Counted from the first letter of the stretch, positions 1 to 10,193 are shown. The stretch is 64,000 nt of DNA from an uncultured archaeon (GCA_964644245.1 CAZXUR010000002.1:74555-138554), one strand, 5' to 3'. The notes: generated from the sequence alone by a model not told the origin. Numbers and translations: made by a program.

Positions 1-511
1 CCAGTTTCTTTTTCTCTTCTTTGGACAGTTCGGTCTTACCTTCTTTTATCTTCTGGTCATACTTCCCCTTTTCCACGTCTTTCATGGCTTCTTTGGCGTT
101 CTTCCCTTCTACCAGTATTCCCATGGACACGCACGAGCCGATTACCTGCTTTACTGCGGATTTTCTGTTGTTTGCTAGAATGGAATCTTTCTTCATTTTT
201 GCAACCTTGATGGCCTGCTCTATCTTCATGTCAGCCACCTCTTCTTCTCCGGGCTTCTCCGAGCCCTTTTCCAGTTTCAGTTCCTTTTTGATGAGAGCCG
301 AGACGGGCGGAGTGCCCACTGTGATTTTATACGACTTATCGTCATTAATAATGACTTTGACCGGCACTTTCATGCCCTCGAACTCCTTGGTCTCCTTGTT
401 CATATCTTCCACTACTTTACCCACATTTATCCCCATGGGCGCCAGTGTGGTGCCTATTGGTGGGGCAGGGGTTGCCTTCCCTCCTTCTATGAGAACTTCA
501 ACTTCCTTCAT
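1..511 (-). CDS. rpl11: 50S ribosomal protein L11 (C-terminal end cut by window edge)
   Basis: Absent from the ORF track because it runs off the window. Minus-strand translation from the ATG at 509-511 reads MKEVEVLIEGGKATPAPPIGTTLAPMGINVGKVVEDMNKETKEFEGMKVPVKVIIND..., a typical L11 N-terminus. It lies directly downstream of spt5, as in the conserved archaeal cluster. Confidence 0.85.
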   Translation of the reverse strand, partial: MKEVEVLIEGGKATPAPPIGTTLAPMGINVGKVVEDMNKETKEFEGMKVPVKVIINDDKSYKITVGTPPVSALIKKELKLEKGSEKPGEEEVADMKIEQAIKVAKMKKDSILANNRKSAVKQVIGSCVSMGILVEGKNAKEAMKDVEKGKYDQKIKEGKTELSKEEKKKL

Positions 512-515
512 ATGG

Positions 516-962
516 TCACTCCTCTTTGTTTTTCTTCTCCGAAAGCCGCACCGAGTTCACGGATATTGTAACCGGGATCGGTATGGCTGCCTCCAGCAGT
601 TCCAGTGTCACTTCTTTTTTCTGGTCGTCATGGCGGGTGACTTTGCCCTTCTCATTCTTGAATGGACCGCTTATCACCGAGACTATGTCGCCAACTTCAA
701 CACTTATCTCTCTCTTTTCCGGAATCAGGTAAGGTTCTATCTTTTCTATCTTGACTTTCTGCTTTAACAGGCCCCTGACGTGCGGAACTCCTTTGATAGC
801 CTTCTCTATCTCCCCTCTCTTGCCTTCTATGAATATATAACCGCTCAACTCAGCCGGATGGAAGAGTGAAAGCACATTTATGCCCTTGCTTTTTATTTTA
901 GAGGACAGAGATTCCACTACCACGTTCTCCCTTCCTGTGGTTGTGCGTAAAGTAGCAATCAT
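516..962 (-). CDS. spt5: transcription elongation factor Spt5/NusG
   Basis: 148 aa. NGN-like N-terminus (LFHPAELSGYIFIEG) and a KOW motif (GDIVSVISGPFKNEKGKV). Position between secE and L11. Confidence 0.85.
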   Translation of the reverse strand: MIATLRTTTGRENVVVESLSSKIKSKGINVLSLFHPAELSGYIFIEGKRGEIEKAIKGVPHVRGLLKQKVKIEKIEPYLIPEKREISVEVGDIVSVISGPFKNEKGKVTRHDDQKKEVTLELLEAAIPIPVTISVNSVRLSEKKNKEE

Positions 963-1148
963 TCAAGGCACCTGTAGCAGTTGAAAGACCATGAATATCA
1001 GGAAACCCACCAGGCCTATTATGGCTATGCCCAATCCGGTTATCTTTACCGCGGATACGTACTCGTAATTGTTGGGCTTAGTGGCTACTCTGACCACTCT
1101 GCGGCAGTGTTTCACGAATTTTATGGCTTCATCAACTGGCTCAAACAT
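963..1148 (-). CDS. secE: protein translocase subunit SecE/Sec61-gamma
   Basis: 61 aa with a single C-terminal TM helix (ITGLGIAIIGLVGFLIFMVFQLL). Conserved position upstream of spt5. Confidence 0.75.
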   Translation of the reverse strand: MFEPVDEAIKFVKHCRRVVRVATKPNNYEYVSAVKITGLGIAIIGLVGFLIFMVFQLLQVP

Positions 1149-1205
1149 AATTATAATTCATACAAAGGTTTATAAAGCCTTTGAAAAATTAACAATCAAA
1201 AGCGT

Positions 1206-2285
1206 TCAGGAGACAAAGTCGATTCCCAGCACGTTCTCTATTTCCTTTTTCTGCTCCTCTGTGAAAGTCTTCTCCGGACCGTATATCTGGGACGATTTCA
1301 CGCCGGTGACTATCAGCATGGTCCTGATGGAATCGCCGAGTTCCTTTATTATCTGGGCTCCCCAGATTATCTTCGCATTGGGCGACAGTCGTGTGGAAAC
1401 AGCTTCCACTATCTCCTGACACTCCTTTATGGTCACATCAGTACCTCCGGTAACATTTATGAGCGCTCCTCTCGCTCCGTCAACATCCACATCCAGCAAA
1501 GGATTGTTTAAAGCACGTTCCACCGCTTCGTAGGCTCGGTTGTCTGTATCACTTTCGCCCATTCCTATCATCGCAAGACCGCCATCATTCATCACAGCTC
1601 GTATGTCGGCGAAGTCTAAGTTGACAAGGCCGGGTTTGGTCACCAGTTCTGCTATACCCTTCACCGCATTTACCAGTATTTCGTCCGCTACCTTGAATGC
1701 AGTTGTAAGCGAGACATCAGGTACGATTTCCAACAACTTATCGTTGGGTATCACTATCAGTGTGTCTACCACTGATTCCAGTTTTTCCAGTCCCTCCCTT
1801 GCGTTGGTCATCCTTGACTTTCCTTCCATGGTGAACGGAAGGGTCACTATTCCTACAGTCAGTGCACCTAACTTCTTCGCCACATCAGCTATTATGGGTG
1901 AAGAACCGGTTCCGGTTCCGCCGCCCAGACCACAGGTAATGAAAACCATGTCTGCGCCCTGCAGAGCCTTTTTGATGTCGTCCTTGCTTTCTTTGGCTGC
2001 CTCTTCCCCTATCTTGGGGTCGGCACCAGCGCCCAGACCACCAGTTATCTCCTTTCCGATGAGGAGTTTCTCATCCGCATCCGTGTATAACAGGTCCTGT
2101 GCATCCGTGTTGATGCCAACAGCCATGGCTCCTACGATACCTACTTGCATCAAACGTGAAACAGTGTTCCCGCCGGCACCGCCAGAACCAACAACGATGA
2201 TTTCTGCTTGTCGTGTTTCCAGAATCTTCCTAAGATCTTCATCAAGAGCATGAGTCTTTGACATTGCTTTTTCAGCCATGAACAT
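1206..2285 (-). CDS. ftsZ: cell division GTPase FtsZ
   Basis: 359 aa. Tubulin signature GLGGGTGTGSSPIIA and an N-terminal GSGGAGGN GTP-binding loop. An alternative start at 2279 is possible. Confidence 0.95.
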   Translation of the reverse strand: MFMAEKAMSKTHALDEDLRKILETRQAEIIVVGSGGAGGNTVSRLMQVGIVGAMAVGINTDAQDLLYTDADEKLLIGKEITGGLGAGADPKIGEEAAKESKDDIKKALQGADMVFITCGLGGGTGTGSSPIIADVAKKLGALTVGIVTLPFTMEGKSRMTNAREGLEKLESVVDTLIVIPNDKLLEIVPDVSLTTAFKVADEILVNAVKGIAELVTKPGLVNLDFADIRAVMNDGGLAMIGMGESDTDNRAYEAVERALNNPLLDVDVDGARGALINVTGGTDVTIKECQEIVEAVSTRLSPNAKIIWGAQIIKELGDSIRTMLIVTGVKSSQIYGPEKTFTEEQKKEIENVLGIDFVS

Positions 2286-2336
2286 AACCTCCGTAAATTG
2301 TGTGATATAGTTTATATATCAGGAAATTATTTAAGG

Positions 2337-2999
2337 TTAAGTGGTGTTCTTGTCCTTTCCTTTAAAATTCAACTTCTTGATATCAGTGATTTTCATGACC
2401 AAATCAGAGACGACTTCTCTCAGATGAGGGGGGAGGTCCGCATCCACGGTTGCCTTGCCTTTAGAAATGGAAACTCCTGGCTTCTTACCTGTGAAGTATT
2501 CTGTTACCGCGGCTATCTTGTTCTTGTCTCCTTTGACTCTCTTGACCACAGTTACCTTGTATTTTAGCCTTTTGCCTGCCAGTGGGTTGTTGAAGTCTAT
2601 TCTCACTCTCCCACCGGAGACCGACTGGATTCTCCCTTTCACAGTGCCGAAATCAACTACTAGACCAGGGGTGGGCGGTATGTTCCTTTTTTCAAGCCAC
2701 TTTTCGGTAACCAGTTTGATTTTCTTAGAGTCTCTTTTGCCAAAGCCCCTTTCAGGCGGTACTACCACTTCTTTCTCTTCCCCCACTTTCATGGCTTTCA
2801 GCGCTTGTTCCAGTCCCTTTATCACAAATCCTTCGCCTATGACCACGGGAACGGCACCGTACCTGCCTCTGGGCGAACGTACCCCCTCTTTTTCCGCAAG
2901 TTCCTCGTCAGTGAGGTCGAATATCTCCCCGTTCTCCAAACGGCCCACATACTCGATGTAAATAACGTCTCCTTTTTTCATACAACCACTTGCCTTCAA
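2337..2999 (-). CDS. FKBP-type peptidyl-prolyl cis-trans isomerase (SlyD-like, with insert-in-flap domain)
   Basis: The sequence KKGDVIYIEYVGRLENGEIFD...VIGEGFVIKGLEQAL...GGRVRIDFNNPLAGK matches the archaeal FKBP pattern. The likely true start is MKKGD at 2981. Confidence 0.85.
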   Translation of the reverse strand: MKASGCMKKGDVIYIEYVGRLENGEIFDLTDEELAEKEGVRSPRGRYGAVPVVIGEGFVIKGLEQALKAMKVGEEKEVVVPPERGFGKRDSKKIKLVTEKWLEKRNIPPTPGLVVDFGTVKGRIQSVSGGRVRIDFNNPLAGKRLKYKVTVVKRVKGDKNKIAAVTEYFTGKKPGVSISKGKATVDADLPPHLREVVSDLVMKITDIKKLNFKGKDKNTT

Positions 3000-3061
3000 T
3001 GTTTATAACGTTAATTTACTACCTTCGGATAGTTATTAAAGCGTTTCTGTTAATTAAAATT

Positions 3062-3340
3062 ATGATATTCAACAATGACCGTGACTGGAAAAAGAACCTT
3101 TCCAAAGACGCAGAAGCAGACTTGAACGAACTGTTGGAAGAAATCGCAAAGCATCGAGGCGCATTCCGTTCCGCATCGGACGTGAAGACCGCTCAGTTGT
3201 GGTGCGGTCTCCTGGAGACCAACCGAAAGATGGACAAACTCAACCGGCGCTTAGAACGGATTGAGAATCTTTTGGACGGTTTGTTCGAACGTTACGAAAA
3301 GGAAAAGAGCGAACTTTTGAAGTCTCTGAGAAAGTTCTAG
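3062..3340 (+). CDS. hypothetical coiled-coil protein
   Basis: ORF 2990-3340; I prefer the internal ATG at 3062 (MIFNNDRDWKK). Helical, charged C-terminal half. I recognise no family. Its stop overlaps the leuS stop within a CTAG. Confidence 0.45.
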   Translation: MIFNNDRDWKKNLSKDAEADLNELLEEIAKHRGAFRSASDVKTAQLWCGLLETNRKMDKLNRRLERIENLLDGLFERYEKEKSELLKSLRKF

Positions 3341-5928
3341 ACCAACAGAATACCCGGTTTTTGAGGGTTGGCTTTAGTCAGGCCCTCGCCTTTCTTCTTT
3401 ATTTCAACCTTGCATCCGAATTCTTCCTTTAGGAAGTCTTTTGAATCCTTCAAAGTCTTCAATTGCGTCTTCCTATCAGCCACTTCCTCCAGTTCGTGCT
3501 TCTTGAACAGTGAGGCGATGTATTTCTTGGACCCTTCTTTGCCCTTATACTTCTTCATCAAAGCCTTGGGCGACTTCGGTTTCTTCTTCCTCATCTTTTC
3601 GTACACGTTAAACTTCCACTTCTCCGCCACGTATAATTCCACTTTCTTGGGCTTCTTCTTCACCAGCTTTCTTATGGTCTTGAAGTCCTTCAAGACCGTT
3701 TCCACCATCTGTTCTGCCTTTTCTATATTCTCGTCTATCTTGCTTTTCTCCGCCTTGGGCCATTTCTCTAGGGAAACCATCCGCTTGTTTCCCATCTTTG
3801 ACCACAGTTCCTCTGCGGTATGTGGAGCGAAAGGAGCTAGCATTTTCAGGAATATACGGAAGGATTTTTTGCTCTTCTCTTCTTCCAGACGGTCGAGGAG
3901 TCCCATCAAGTTTATTATCGCAGAGTTGAACCGGTAGTTGTCTATGTTTTCAGTCACGTCTCGAATGGCCTTGTGAGTGTAGTGCGCCAGACGTTTGGAG
4001 GAACTTTTGCTCTTCTTTTTGCTCAATTTTTCAATCCTTCCCAGGAACTTTTCCATGGATTTTATGCCTTTGTCACTCCATTCAAATTCCTTCTCTGGTA
4101 AAGCAGCAAACATTATGAAAAGTCTTGCCGCATCTGCACTGTACTTTTTAACCACTTCTATGGGGTCGACTACGTTTCCTTTTGATTTAGACATCGCAGA
4201 ACCCCCGAGTGTTACCATGCCCTGGCAAAGCAGTTTTTTTGCAGGTTCGTCGGCCTTTACCATTCCAAGGTCCTTTAGTACTTTGGTTATGAACCTGGAG
4301 TATATCAGGTGGCCGGTAGCATGCTCTATACCACCGGTGTAAAAGTCCATGGGCATCCAATAGTTTGCCTTCTTCTTCCCGAACATTTTCTTTTCGTTCT
4401 CCGGATCACAATAGCGCAGGAAGTACCATGATGAGTCGACAAACGTATCCATGGTGTCTGTTTCCCTCTTTGCCTTGCCCCCACACTTCGGACATTCAGT
4501 GTTCACAAATTCTTCGCATGTCTCCAGGGGATTGCCTTTTTTGAATTCAACCTCCGAGGGCTCTGGAAGCAGGACCGGCAGTTCTTTCTCAGGCACCGGG
4601 ACCACTCCGCATTTGTCACAATAGATTATGGGAATGGGAGTTCCCCAATATCTCTGTCTTGATATCAGCCAGTCCTTCAGTTTATACTGCACGCTCCTTT
4701 TTCCTCTGCCTGTTTTTTCCAACCAATCTGATATTTTTTCTATGGCTTCTTTGTTATTAGTTCCGTTGAACTTTCCTGAATTAACAAGAATACCCTGGTC
4801 CACGTAAGCCTCTTCCATGTCCTTTCCTTTGATTTTCTTGTTCTTGGGCTGTATAACCACCTTTACCGGCAGGTCATTTTCCTTTGCGAATTCGAAGTCC
4901 CGCTGGTCGTGAGCAGGAACTGCCATTATCATACCGGTTCCGTATTCCAAGAGGACGAAGTTAGCCACGTAGATTGGTATTTTCTTGTCATTGACCGGGT
5001 TTATGGCGTACTTTCCGGTGAAAACGCCCTCTTTTTTCTTTTCTATTGCTTCTGGGTTCTTGATTCTTTGTTTTTTCACCTTTTTTATGAACTTGTTTAC
5101 CTCTTTCTCCTTCTTGGTGCCTTTGACCAGTTCCTTTACCTTGGGATGTTCAGGTGCGAATACCATGAAGGTGACCCCAAACAGTGTGTCGGGTCTGGTG
5201 GTGAACACCGGGAGATTCTCTTTTGAACCTTTCAACTTAAAATCAATCATCACTCCCTGGCTTTTCCCTATCCAGTTCCTCTGCATGGACGTGACCTTCT
5301 TCGGCCAGTCAACTTTTTTCAACCCCTTGAGGAGTTTTTCAGCGTAGTCGGTGATTTTCATGAACCACTGGCTCAGTATTTTAGTTTCCACTTCGCTGTC
5401 GCAGCGCCAGCATTTTCTGCCTACCACCTGCTCGTTGGCAAGCACGGTGTCGCATTTGGGACAGAAATTGACTTCTGACTCTTTCTTGTAGGCGAGTCCT
5501 TTCTTGAACATGCGCAGGAATAGCCACTGATTCCATTTGTAGTAGTTAGGCAGACAGGTGACCACTTTCCTGGACCAGTCGTAGCTGAGACCCAGTTTCC
5601 TTTGCTGGGATTCCATGGTTTTGACGTTGTCCAGAGTCCATTTTTTGGGGTTCAGTTTGTGTTCGATGGCCGCGTTTTCAGCCGGAAGTCCGAAGGAATC
5701 ATACCCCATGGGATGTAGGACGTTGAACCCCTCCATGAGCTTGAACCTTGCTAATACATCTCCTATTGCGTAGTTTCTCATATGTCCCATATGCAGGCCT
5801 TCGCCTGAAGGGTAAGGGAACATTTCCACGCAATAGAACTTCTTTCTTCTCCCGTCCGAATCAGCTTCGAATATCTTCTCCTTCTCCCACTTCTTCTGCC
5901 ATTTTTTCTCGATTTTCTTGAAATCCAT
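3337..5928 (-). CDS. leuS: leucyl-tRNA synthetase
   Basis: 863 aa. HIGH-type motif (PSGEGLHMGHMRNY), KMSKS motif (SAMSKSKGN), and Zn-ribbon-like Cys pairs typical of archaeal LeuRS. Confidence 0.95.
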   Translation of the reverse strand: MDFKKIEKKWQKKWEKEKIFEADSDGRRKKFYCVEMFPYPSGEGLHMGHMRNYAIGDVLARFKLMEGFNVLHPMGYDSFGLPAENAAIEHKLNPKKWTLDNVKTMESQQRKLGLSYDWSRKVVTCLPNYYKWNQWLFLRMFKKGLAYKKESEVNFCPKCDTVLANEQVVGRKCWRCDSEVETKILSQWFMKITDYAEKLLKGLKKVDWPKKVTSMQRNWIGKSQGVMIDFKLKGSKENLPVFTTRPDTLFGVTFMVFAPEHPKVKELVKGTKKEKEVNKFIKKVKKQRIKNPEAIEKKKEGVFTGKYAINPVNDKKIPIYVANFVLLEYGTGMIMAVPAHDQRDFEFAKENDLPVKVVIQPKNKKIKGKDMEEAYVDQGILVNSGKFNGTNNKEAIEKISDWLEKTGRGKRSVQYKLKDWLISRQRYWGTPIPIIYCDKCGVVPVPEKELPVLLPEPSEVEFKKGNPLETCEEFVNTECPKCGGKAKRETDTMDTFVDSSWYFLRYCDPENEKKMFGKKKANYWMPMDFYTGGIEHATGHLIYSRFITKVLKDLGMVKADEPAKKLLCQGMVTLGGSAMSKSKGNVVDPIEVVKKYSADAARLFIMFAALPEKEFEWSDKGIKSMEKFLGRIEKLSKKKSKSSSKRLAHYTHKAIRDVTENIDNYRFNSAIINLMGLLDRLEEEKSKKSFRIFLKMLAPFAPHTAEELWSKMGNKRMVSLEKWPKAEKSKIDENIEKAEQMVETVLKDFKTIRKLVKKKPKKVELYVAEKWKFNVYEKMRKKKPKSPKALMKKYKGKEGSKKYIASLFKKHELEEVADRKTQLKTLKDSKDFLKEEFGCKVEIKKKGEGLTKANPQKPGILLV

Positions 5929-5929
5929 A

Positions 5930-6244
5930 TTATTCCTTCCCGTTCCAATTATTTAACCTTAACACCTCTTCAACAAAATCCCGCTCTTCCAGTTCTCTTT
6001 CCACAGAACAGTGTGGGTCTCCGCATATCACTTCTGTTCGCCCGTCTTTTCTATAGACCTGAATGTTGTCCTCCTTGCAGAACGGACAAGGAATGGCAGG
6101 TACCCGCATGTACTTCCCTTCAGGCACTTCATCGGAAAAAGACATTATTTTTGAATAGGTCTTCTTCCCTCTTTCTATGTAAATCTCTTCTAGACGCTCC
6201 TCAAAAGGACTCATATTCGTCTTTCCGTTCAAATTAGCAGACAT
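5930..6244 (-). CDS. small zinc-ribbon protein, translationally coupled to leuS
   Basis: 104 aa with CPFC...CGDPHC (a four-ligand Zn ribbon). Its stop lies 1 nt upstream of the leuS start. No family recognised. Confidence 0.5.
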   Translation of the reverse strand: MSANLNGKTNMSPFEERLEEIYIERGKKTYSKIMSFSDEVPEGKYMRVPAIPCPFCKEDNIQVYRKDGRTEVICGDPHCSVERELEERDFVEEVLRLNNWNGKE

Positions 6245-6264
6245 GATATCACCGAGAACAAGTC

Positions 6265-6332
6265 TGCCGCCTAAAGCAGCAAGACCAGCACTAGGGAAGT
6301 CAGTGTTTCACGCGCTTGATTCATCCTAGCAC
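6265..6332 (-). promoter_or_regulatory. two-hairpin structured leader or small RNA upstream of the 5930-6244/leuS operon
   Basis: On the minus strand, hairpin 1 is UGCUGC-UUUAG-GCGGCA (6265-6281). Hairpin 2 (6288-6332) has an 8-bp outer stem, a 6-bp inner stem and a 14-nt loop. Three stem positions are G-U wobbles on the minus strand but would be A-C mismatches on the plus strand. Confidence 0.3.
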
Positions 6333-6340
6333 CTTGTTAC

Positions 6341-6362
6341 TTTTTAAATACATACATATATA
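6341..6362. promoter_or_regulatory. bidirectional AT-rich TATA region
   Basis: On the plus strand, tttttaaata (6341-6350) lies 25-30 nt upstream of the tRNA 5' end at 6375. On the minus strand, tttatatat lies about 25 nt upstream of the hairpin element. Confidence 0.4.
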
Positions 6363-6374
6363 AAACTTGATTGT

Positions 6375-6522
6375 GCCCCCGTAGCTCAGCCTGGATAGAG
6401 CACTTGCCTTCTATCTGCGGATGGAAGATCTGAGGTTCGCCTGTGAGGAAGAAAGCAAGGGGTCGCGGGTTCGAATGTGCAGACGGTCTCGTTCCGTCTC
6501 GCCGGAACTCCCGTTGGGGGCA
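6375..6522 (+). tRNA. tRNA-Arg(UCU) with two introns (37/38 and T-loop 59/60)
   Basis: Hand fold: acceptor GCCCCCG/UGGGGGC, D-arm GCUC-AGCCUGGAUA-GAGC, anticodon stem CUUGC/GCAAG, loop CU-UCU-A[intron 6413-6453]A. T-arm GCGGG-UUCGAA[intron 6476-6508]U-CCCGU. Both introns fold into bulge-helix-bulge motifs. Confidence 0.9.
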
Positions 6523-6555
6523 TACTAATAAATAGACGCAACCCAATTATTCTTT

Positions 6556-7320
6556 ATGGCAAGGACGATTTTGCTACTTTCAGGTAAAGGTGGTTCCGGA
6601 AAAACCACCGTAGCCACCAATCTGGCGCATACTTTGAACGAGTTGGGTAAAACGGTGGTGGTAGTGGACGGGAACCTGACCACCCCCAATCTAGGCCTGC
6701 ACCTGGGCATGGATTTGGACTCTGTCAACCTGCATGACGTGCTCAAGGGGCAGGCGGACCTGCTTGATGCCATGCGTATCACTCCTTCAGGCCTCCGGGT
6801 CATACCTGCGTCAATTTCTGTGGATGATATGAAAGGGATAGACCCCGAGGAACTGGGCCCTTCACTTTCTCCACTCCACGACCAGACGGACTACATAATA
6901 ATAGACGGGCCGGCAGGCCTGGGCAGGGAGGCGCTCGCCAACCTACAGGCAGCGGACGAGGTGCTGGTAATAACCAACCCGGAGATACCCGCAGTGACTG
7001 ACGCTCTCAAAGTCATAAAACTTTCTGAAGAGGCGGGCGTGGAAATAACGGGGATAGTGGTGAACAGAATCAAGGGAAAGAAACACGAACTGACCAGGGA
7101 GGATATAGGCTCATTGCTGGACGTGCCCATACTGGCAGAGATACCGGAGGACGACACAGTCGGCAAATCAATCTCAAAAGGCAAACCAATCACCAAACTT
7201 TCCCCTAATTCAAGAGCAGCCCTGGAGATGAGGAATCTGGCCGGTTCTTTTGTGGGACAGAGAGTGCAACTGCCATTCCTTCAGAGACTCAAGAATTTCT
7301 TCCTCAGAAAACCGTTCTGA
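6556..7320 (+). CDS. minD: MinD/ParA-family P-loop ATPase
   Basis: 254 aa. Deviant Walker A motif LSGKGGSGKTTVATNLA and the MinD-like pattern VVDGNLTTPNLGLHLG. Confidence 0.85.
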   Translation: MARTILLLSGKGGSGKTTVATNLAHTLNELGKTVVVVDGNLTTPNLGLHLGMDLDSVNLHDVLKGQADLLDAMRITPSGLRVIPASISVDDMKGIDPEELGPSLSPLHDQTDYIIIDGPAGLGREALANLQAADEVLVITNPEIPAVTDALKVIKLSEEAGVEITGIVVNRIKGKKHELTREDIGSLLDVPILAEIPEDDTVGKSISKGKPITKLSPNSRAALEMRNLAGSFVGQRVQLPFLQRLKNFFLRKPF

Positions 7321-7323
7321 CCT

Positions 7324-8958
7324 TTATAGGCACATCTCAAAACCCACCACCGGCTTTTCCAGTGACCAGTTCTCGATTACCTTCGGACTTATCTCGCCCA
7401 GCACGCCAATTTCTTTTCCACACGAGACTATGACTGCACACCGGCCTTTGAAGAACGATGGGTGGTTTTTTTTCTTGAATTTGTAGTCTATGCCCAGATT
7501 CTTCAGGAAGGCGGCTACTACCGACGAGACATTCTCATAACCGACCCGGTTGTCTGAGATGACTGCAGCCACCTTTAGCACGTCTTTCGTCTTCAACTTC
7601 TCTTTCTCATCCAGTTCCACTACTTTTCCCACCTCGAAAACCTTCTGCGGAAATTCAACGTGCTTGTTCTGGGACAGGAACTCCAGGAGCGAAGGGAGCA
7701 ATCTTTTCCTCAGACAGGACCAGTTGGACGACACCGGGTTTGAGATTTCCGCTAACTTTTCCTTTTTGAGTTCCATTTTGTCCAGCTGATTTTGTCTGTT
7801 TGAAAGTATGTAAGTCATTACTTCCTGGAATCCGAAACCGCCCATCATTTCCCTAAACAAGCGTGACCTTTCTTCATTTTCCGTTAATCTGCCTACCGTG
7901 ACCAGTTCAGGAGGAGAAGGTTTTAGGGAGTTGAAGTCAGACATTATTGCCACGTCTTCTACCAGGTCGTTCTGGTGCATTATATCGTCTCTGTAGGCAG
8001 GATACCAGACGTGTAGGCTGTCTCTCTGCTCTGTGTTGCATCTGGCCTTCCTCAGCAGACGCATGATATCATCGTTTGACAGGTTTAGTCCCAGCATGTC
8101 CCGACAATGGTCCGGGTCGAGGTCGAACTCCCTCGGCTTCAGGTCCGGAGAGACCCTGTCTTCCCCGTTCTTTATCTTTACCGACTGTATTTTTCCGTTC
8201 CTCTCTTCCAGAGCGGTCACTATTACGTTCAAAGCAGTTGAGACGATTCTCTGGTCATGACCGGTCACTTCCACAAACACGTTCTCAGTGTTCTGGTCTA
8301 TTTTGCCCGTGAAGTCTGAGTTTATCACCGGTGGCATGGACAACACGTTCTTCTTGGAGTCTATGAGTAGCGGATATTTTTTGCCTTTCAGCAAATGTGC
8401 AAATTCCTTGCCTTTGGGGTGTTCCTTCAGTATCTCTTCAGGAGTCATTTTTTCCTTGAATTCCAGGGGCACGAACTTTGTTCCCTTTGGTCCTACCGGT
8501 TTGTAGTGGACGGGAGGAACGATTCTGTCAAAGTCGTATATTCCTATGGCCGCCTCTCTTCTTCTCCTGCCGTACGAATTCGCTACTTTTTCCTGCAGTT
8601 GTATCATCTGTTTTATGGCTTCATCGTCGAAAGCGAGTCCTTTTACAACCGCGGCCATTATTACCGGTCTGATTTTTGACATTTTCTTGGACACCACCAG
8701 TTCCACCCCCGAATCCTTCACCTTGAACTCTGGCAGGCCCTCTTCTGTGCCCAGGTGCCCCCTCAACTGTCTGGCTATCCCTTCCACAGACCAGAGGTCA
8801 GGACGGTTGGTGTCCTTTACGTCTATTTTTACTTTGCCCTCTTCCTTGCCTTCAACTTCACCCTTTGCGAAGAGTATGTTCTTTTTCAAATCCTCCAAAG
8901 ACAGGTTGTCCTTGAGTAAATCGTTCAAATCTCTCAGCGAAAGTTCTACTGTTGGCAT
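7324..8958 (-). CDS. pheT: phenylalanyl-tRNA synthetase beta subunit
   Basis: 544 aa. Archaeal PheT N-terminus [15 protein letters not shown]. Overlaps and follows pheS. Confidence 0.9.
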   Translation of the reverse strand: MPTVELSLRDLNDLLKDNLSLEDLKKNILFAKGEVEGKEEGKVKIDVKDTNRPDLWSVEGIARQLRGHLGTEEGLPEFKVKDSGVELVVSKKMSKIRPVIMAAVVKGLAFDDEAIKQMIQLQEKVANSYGRRRREAAIGIYDFDRIVPPVHYKPVGPKGTKFVPLEFKEKMTPEEILKEHPKGKEFAHLLKGKKYPLLIDSKKNVLSMPPVINSDFTGKIDQNTENVFVEVTGHDQRIVSTALNVIVTALEERNGKIQSVKIKNGEDRVSPDLKPREFDLDPDHCRDMLGLNLSNDDIMRLLRKARCNTEQRDSLHVWYPAYRDDIMHQNDLVEDVAIMSDFNSLKPSPPELVTVGRLTENEERSRLFREMMGGFGFQEVMTYILSNRQNQLDKMELKKEKLAEISNPVSSNWSCLRKRLLPSLLEFLSQNKHVEFPQKVFEVGKVVELDEKEKLKTKDVLKVAAVISDNRVGYENVSSVVAAFLKNLGIDYKFKKKNHPSFFKGRCAVIVSCGKEIGVLGEISPKVIENWSLEKPVVGFEMCL

Positions 8959-10193
8959 TCTTTATCCCTCAACCATTTTAAGTCATTTGAAAACAATTCG
9001 CGGATGTCCTTCACGCCCAGTTTGAACATGGCCAGTCTGTCGATCCCTATCCCCCAGGCGATTACCGGAACGTCCACCCCCAGGGGTCTGGTCAGTTCTT
9101 CTCTGAACATGCCGGCACCTGCTAGTTCTATCCATCCCAATTTTGGATGTTTGGCTGACAACTGAACTGACGGTTCAGTGAACGGATAATAGTCAGGGAA
9201 GAATCTTATCTCTTCAGCCCCGCCTATCTCAAAAGCAAACATCTTCAGGAGTCCTAACAAACTGCGAAAGTTAAGAGACTTGTCTACAACAAATCCTCCC
9301 ATCTGGTTGAACTCCACACTGTGAGTGGCATCGATTACGTCAGGTCTCGCACACCTGACAAGGCTGAAATACTTTCCCGGTATTTCTATTTCACCTGAAA
9401 AACCGGACAGGTACCTGGGAGATATGGCGGTGTCGTGTGCCCTGACCATCAGTCGGCTTGCCTTTTCCTTGGACCAACCGTATCCCCAGCCGGTGGAACC
9501 TGTCTCCCAACCGTTCTCGTGCGCAGCCTTAACCCGGTCTACGATTTCTTTGTCCGGAAGTTTTCCTTTTTTCGGATTTTTCAATTGATATGTCTCGGTC
9601 CAGTCTCTGGCCGCATGGTGCTGTGGCTGGAAGAGTGCGTCAAAATTCCAGAACTCAAGTTCGACCAATGGTCCTTCCATCTCCTGGAAGCCCAGCTTGA
9701 CTAAATCATCCTTCACGCTGTCCAGGAAGGCCTGATAAGGGTGCTTCTTGCCGGGATGTATTTCTTTGCCTCTGGCCTCAACGTTGTATGACTTGAATTT
9801 AGCCTTCTTCCAGAGCCCGGTCTTTATCAATTCAGGTGTAAGATGGTTGACCCCTTCCTCCAACTGGTCCTTCGCCTTCTTGACCACCCCTTCTTTCACC
9901 TCTTCAATTAAATTCCTCTGGAGCAAGACTTTAGCCCTCTTCTCTGAAGGTTCCTTCCCCCTCTTCACCCTTTTCAACGCCTTCTTTAGGGGTGACTTGC
10001 CTTTCTTCTTGACTTTTACGTTTCCTTTTTTGACTTCTATCCATTTGTTCTTCTTGGCCCACTGTATGGCAACGTCCAGATGAGGCAAATCCAGGTCCTT
10101 GATAGCCCGCTCTTTTTTCACCTTCTTCAGAAGCTGCTCTTCGGGCAGGCCTCCCTTCAAATATTCCTTCCCTTCCTCAGTCAAAACATACAT
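8946..10193 (-). CDS. pheS: phenylalanyl-tRNA synthetase alpha subunit
   Basis: 415 aa. Class II motifs ([34 protein letters not shown]). Confidence 0.9.
   Translation of the reverse strand: MYVLTEEGKEYLKGGLPEEQLLKKVKKERAIKDLDLPHLDVAIQWAKKNKWIEVKKGNVKVKKKGKSPLKKALKRVKRGKEPSEKRAKVLLQRNLIEEVKEGVVKKAKDQLEEGVNHLTPELIKTGLWKKAKFKSYNVEARGKEIHPGKKHPYQAFLDSVKDDLVKLGFQEMEGPLVELEFWNFDALFQPQHHAARDWTETYQLKNPKKGKLPDKEIVDRVKAAHENGWETGSTGWGYGWSKEKASRLMVRAHDTAISPRYLSGFSGEIEIPGKYFSLVRCARPDVIDATHSVEFNQMGGFVVDKSLNFRSLLGLLKMFAFEIGGAEEIRFFPDYYPFTEPSVQLSAKHPKLGWIELAGAGMFREELTRPLGVDVPVIAWGIGIDRLAMFKLGVKDIRELFSNDLKWLRDKECQQ

Noticed and set aside
6288-6332. Possible C/D box sRNA on the minus strand (GGAUGAAU ... CUGA within a terminal stem), near the Nop5/fibrillarin-encoding genome context.
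   Set aside because: The C box is degenerate (AUGAAUC rather than RUGAUGA). There is no C'/D' pair and the spacing does not fit 12-nt guides. The box residues are better explained as part of a simple extended hairpin.
6337-6803. Track ORFs 6337-6546 (-) and 6525-6803 (-).
   Set aside because: They overlap the intron-containing tRNA-Arg gene and the antisense strand of minD. No protein-like features.
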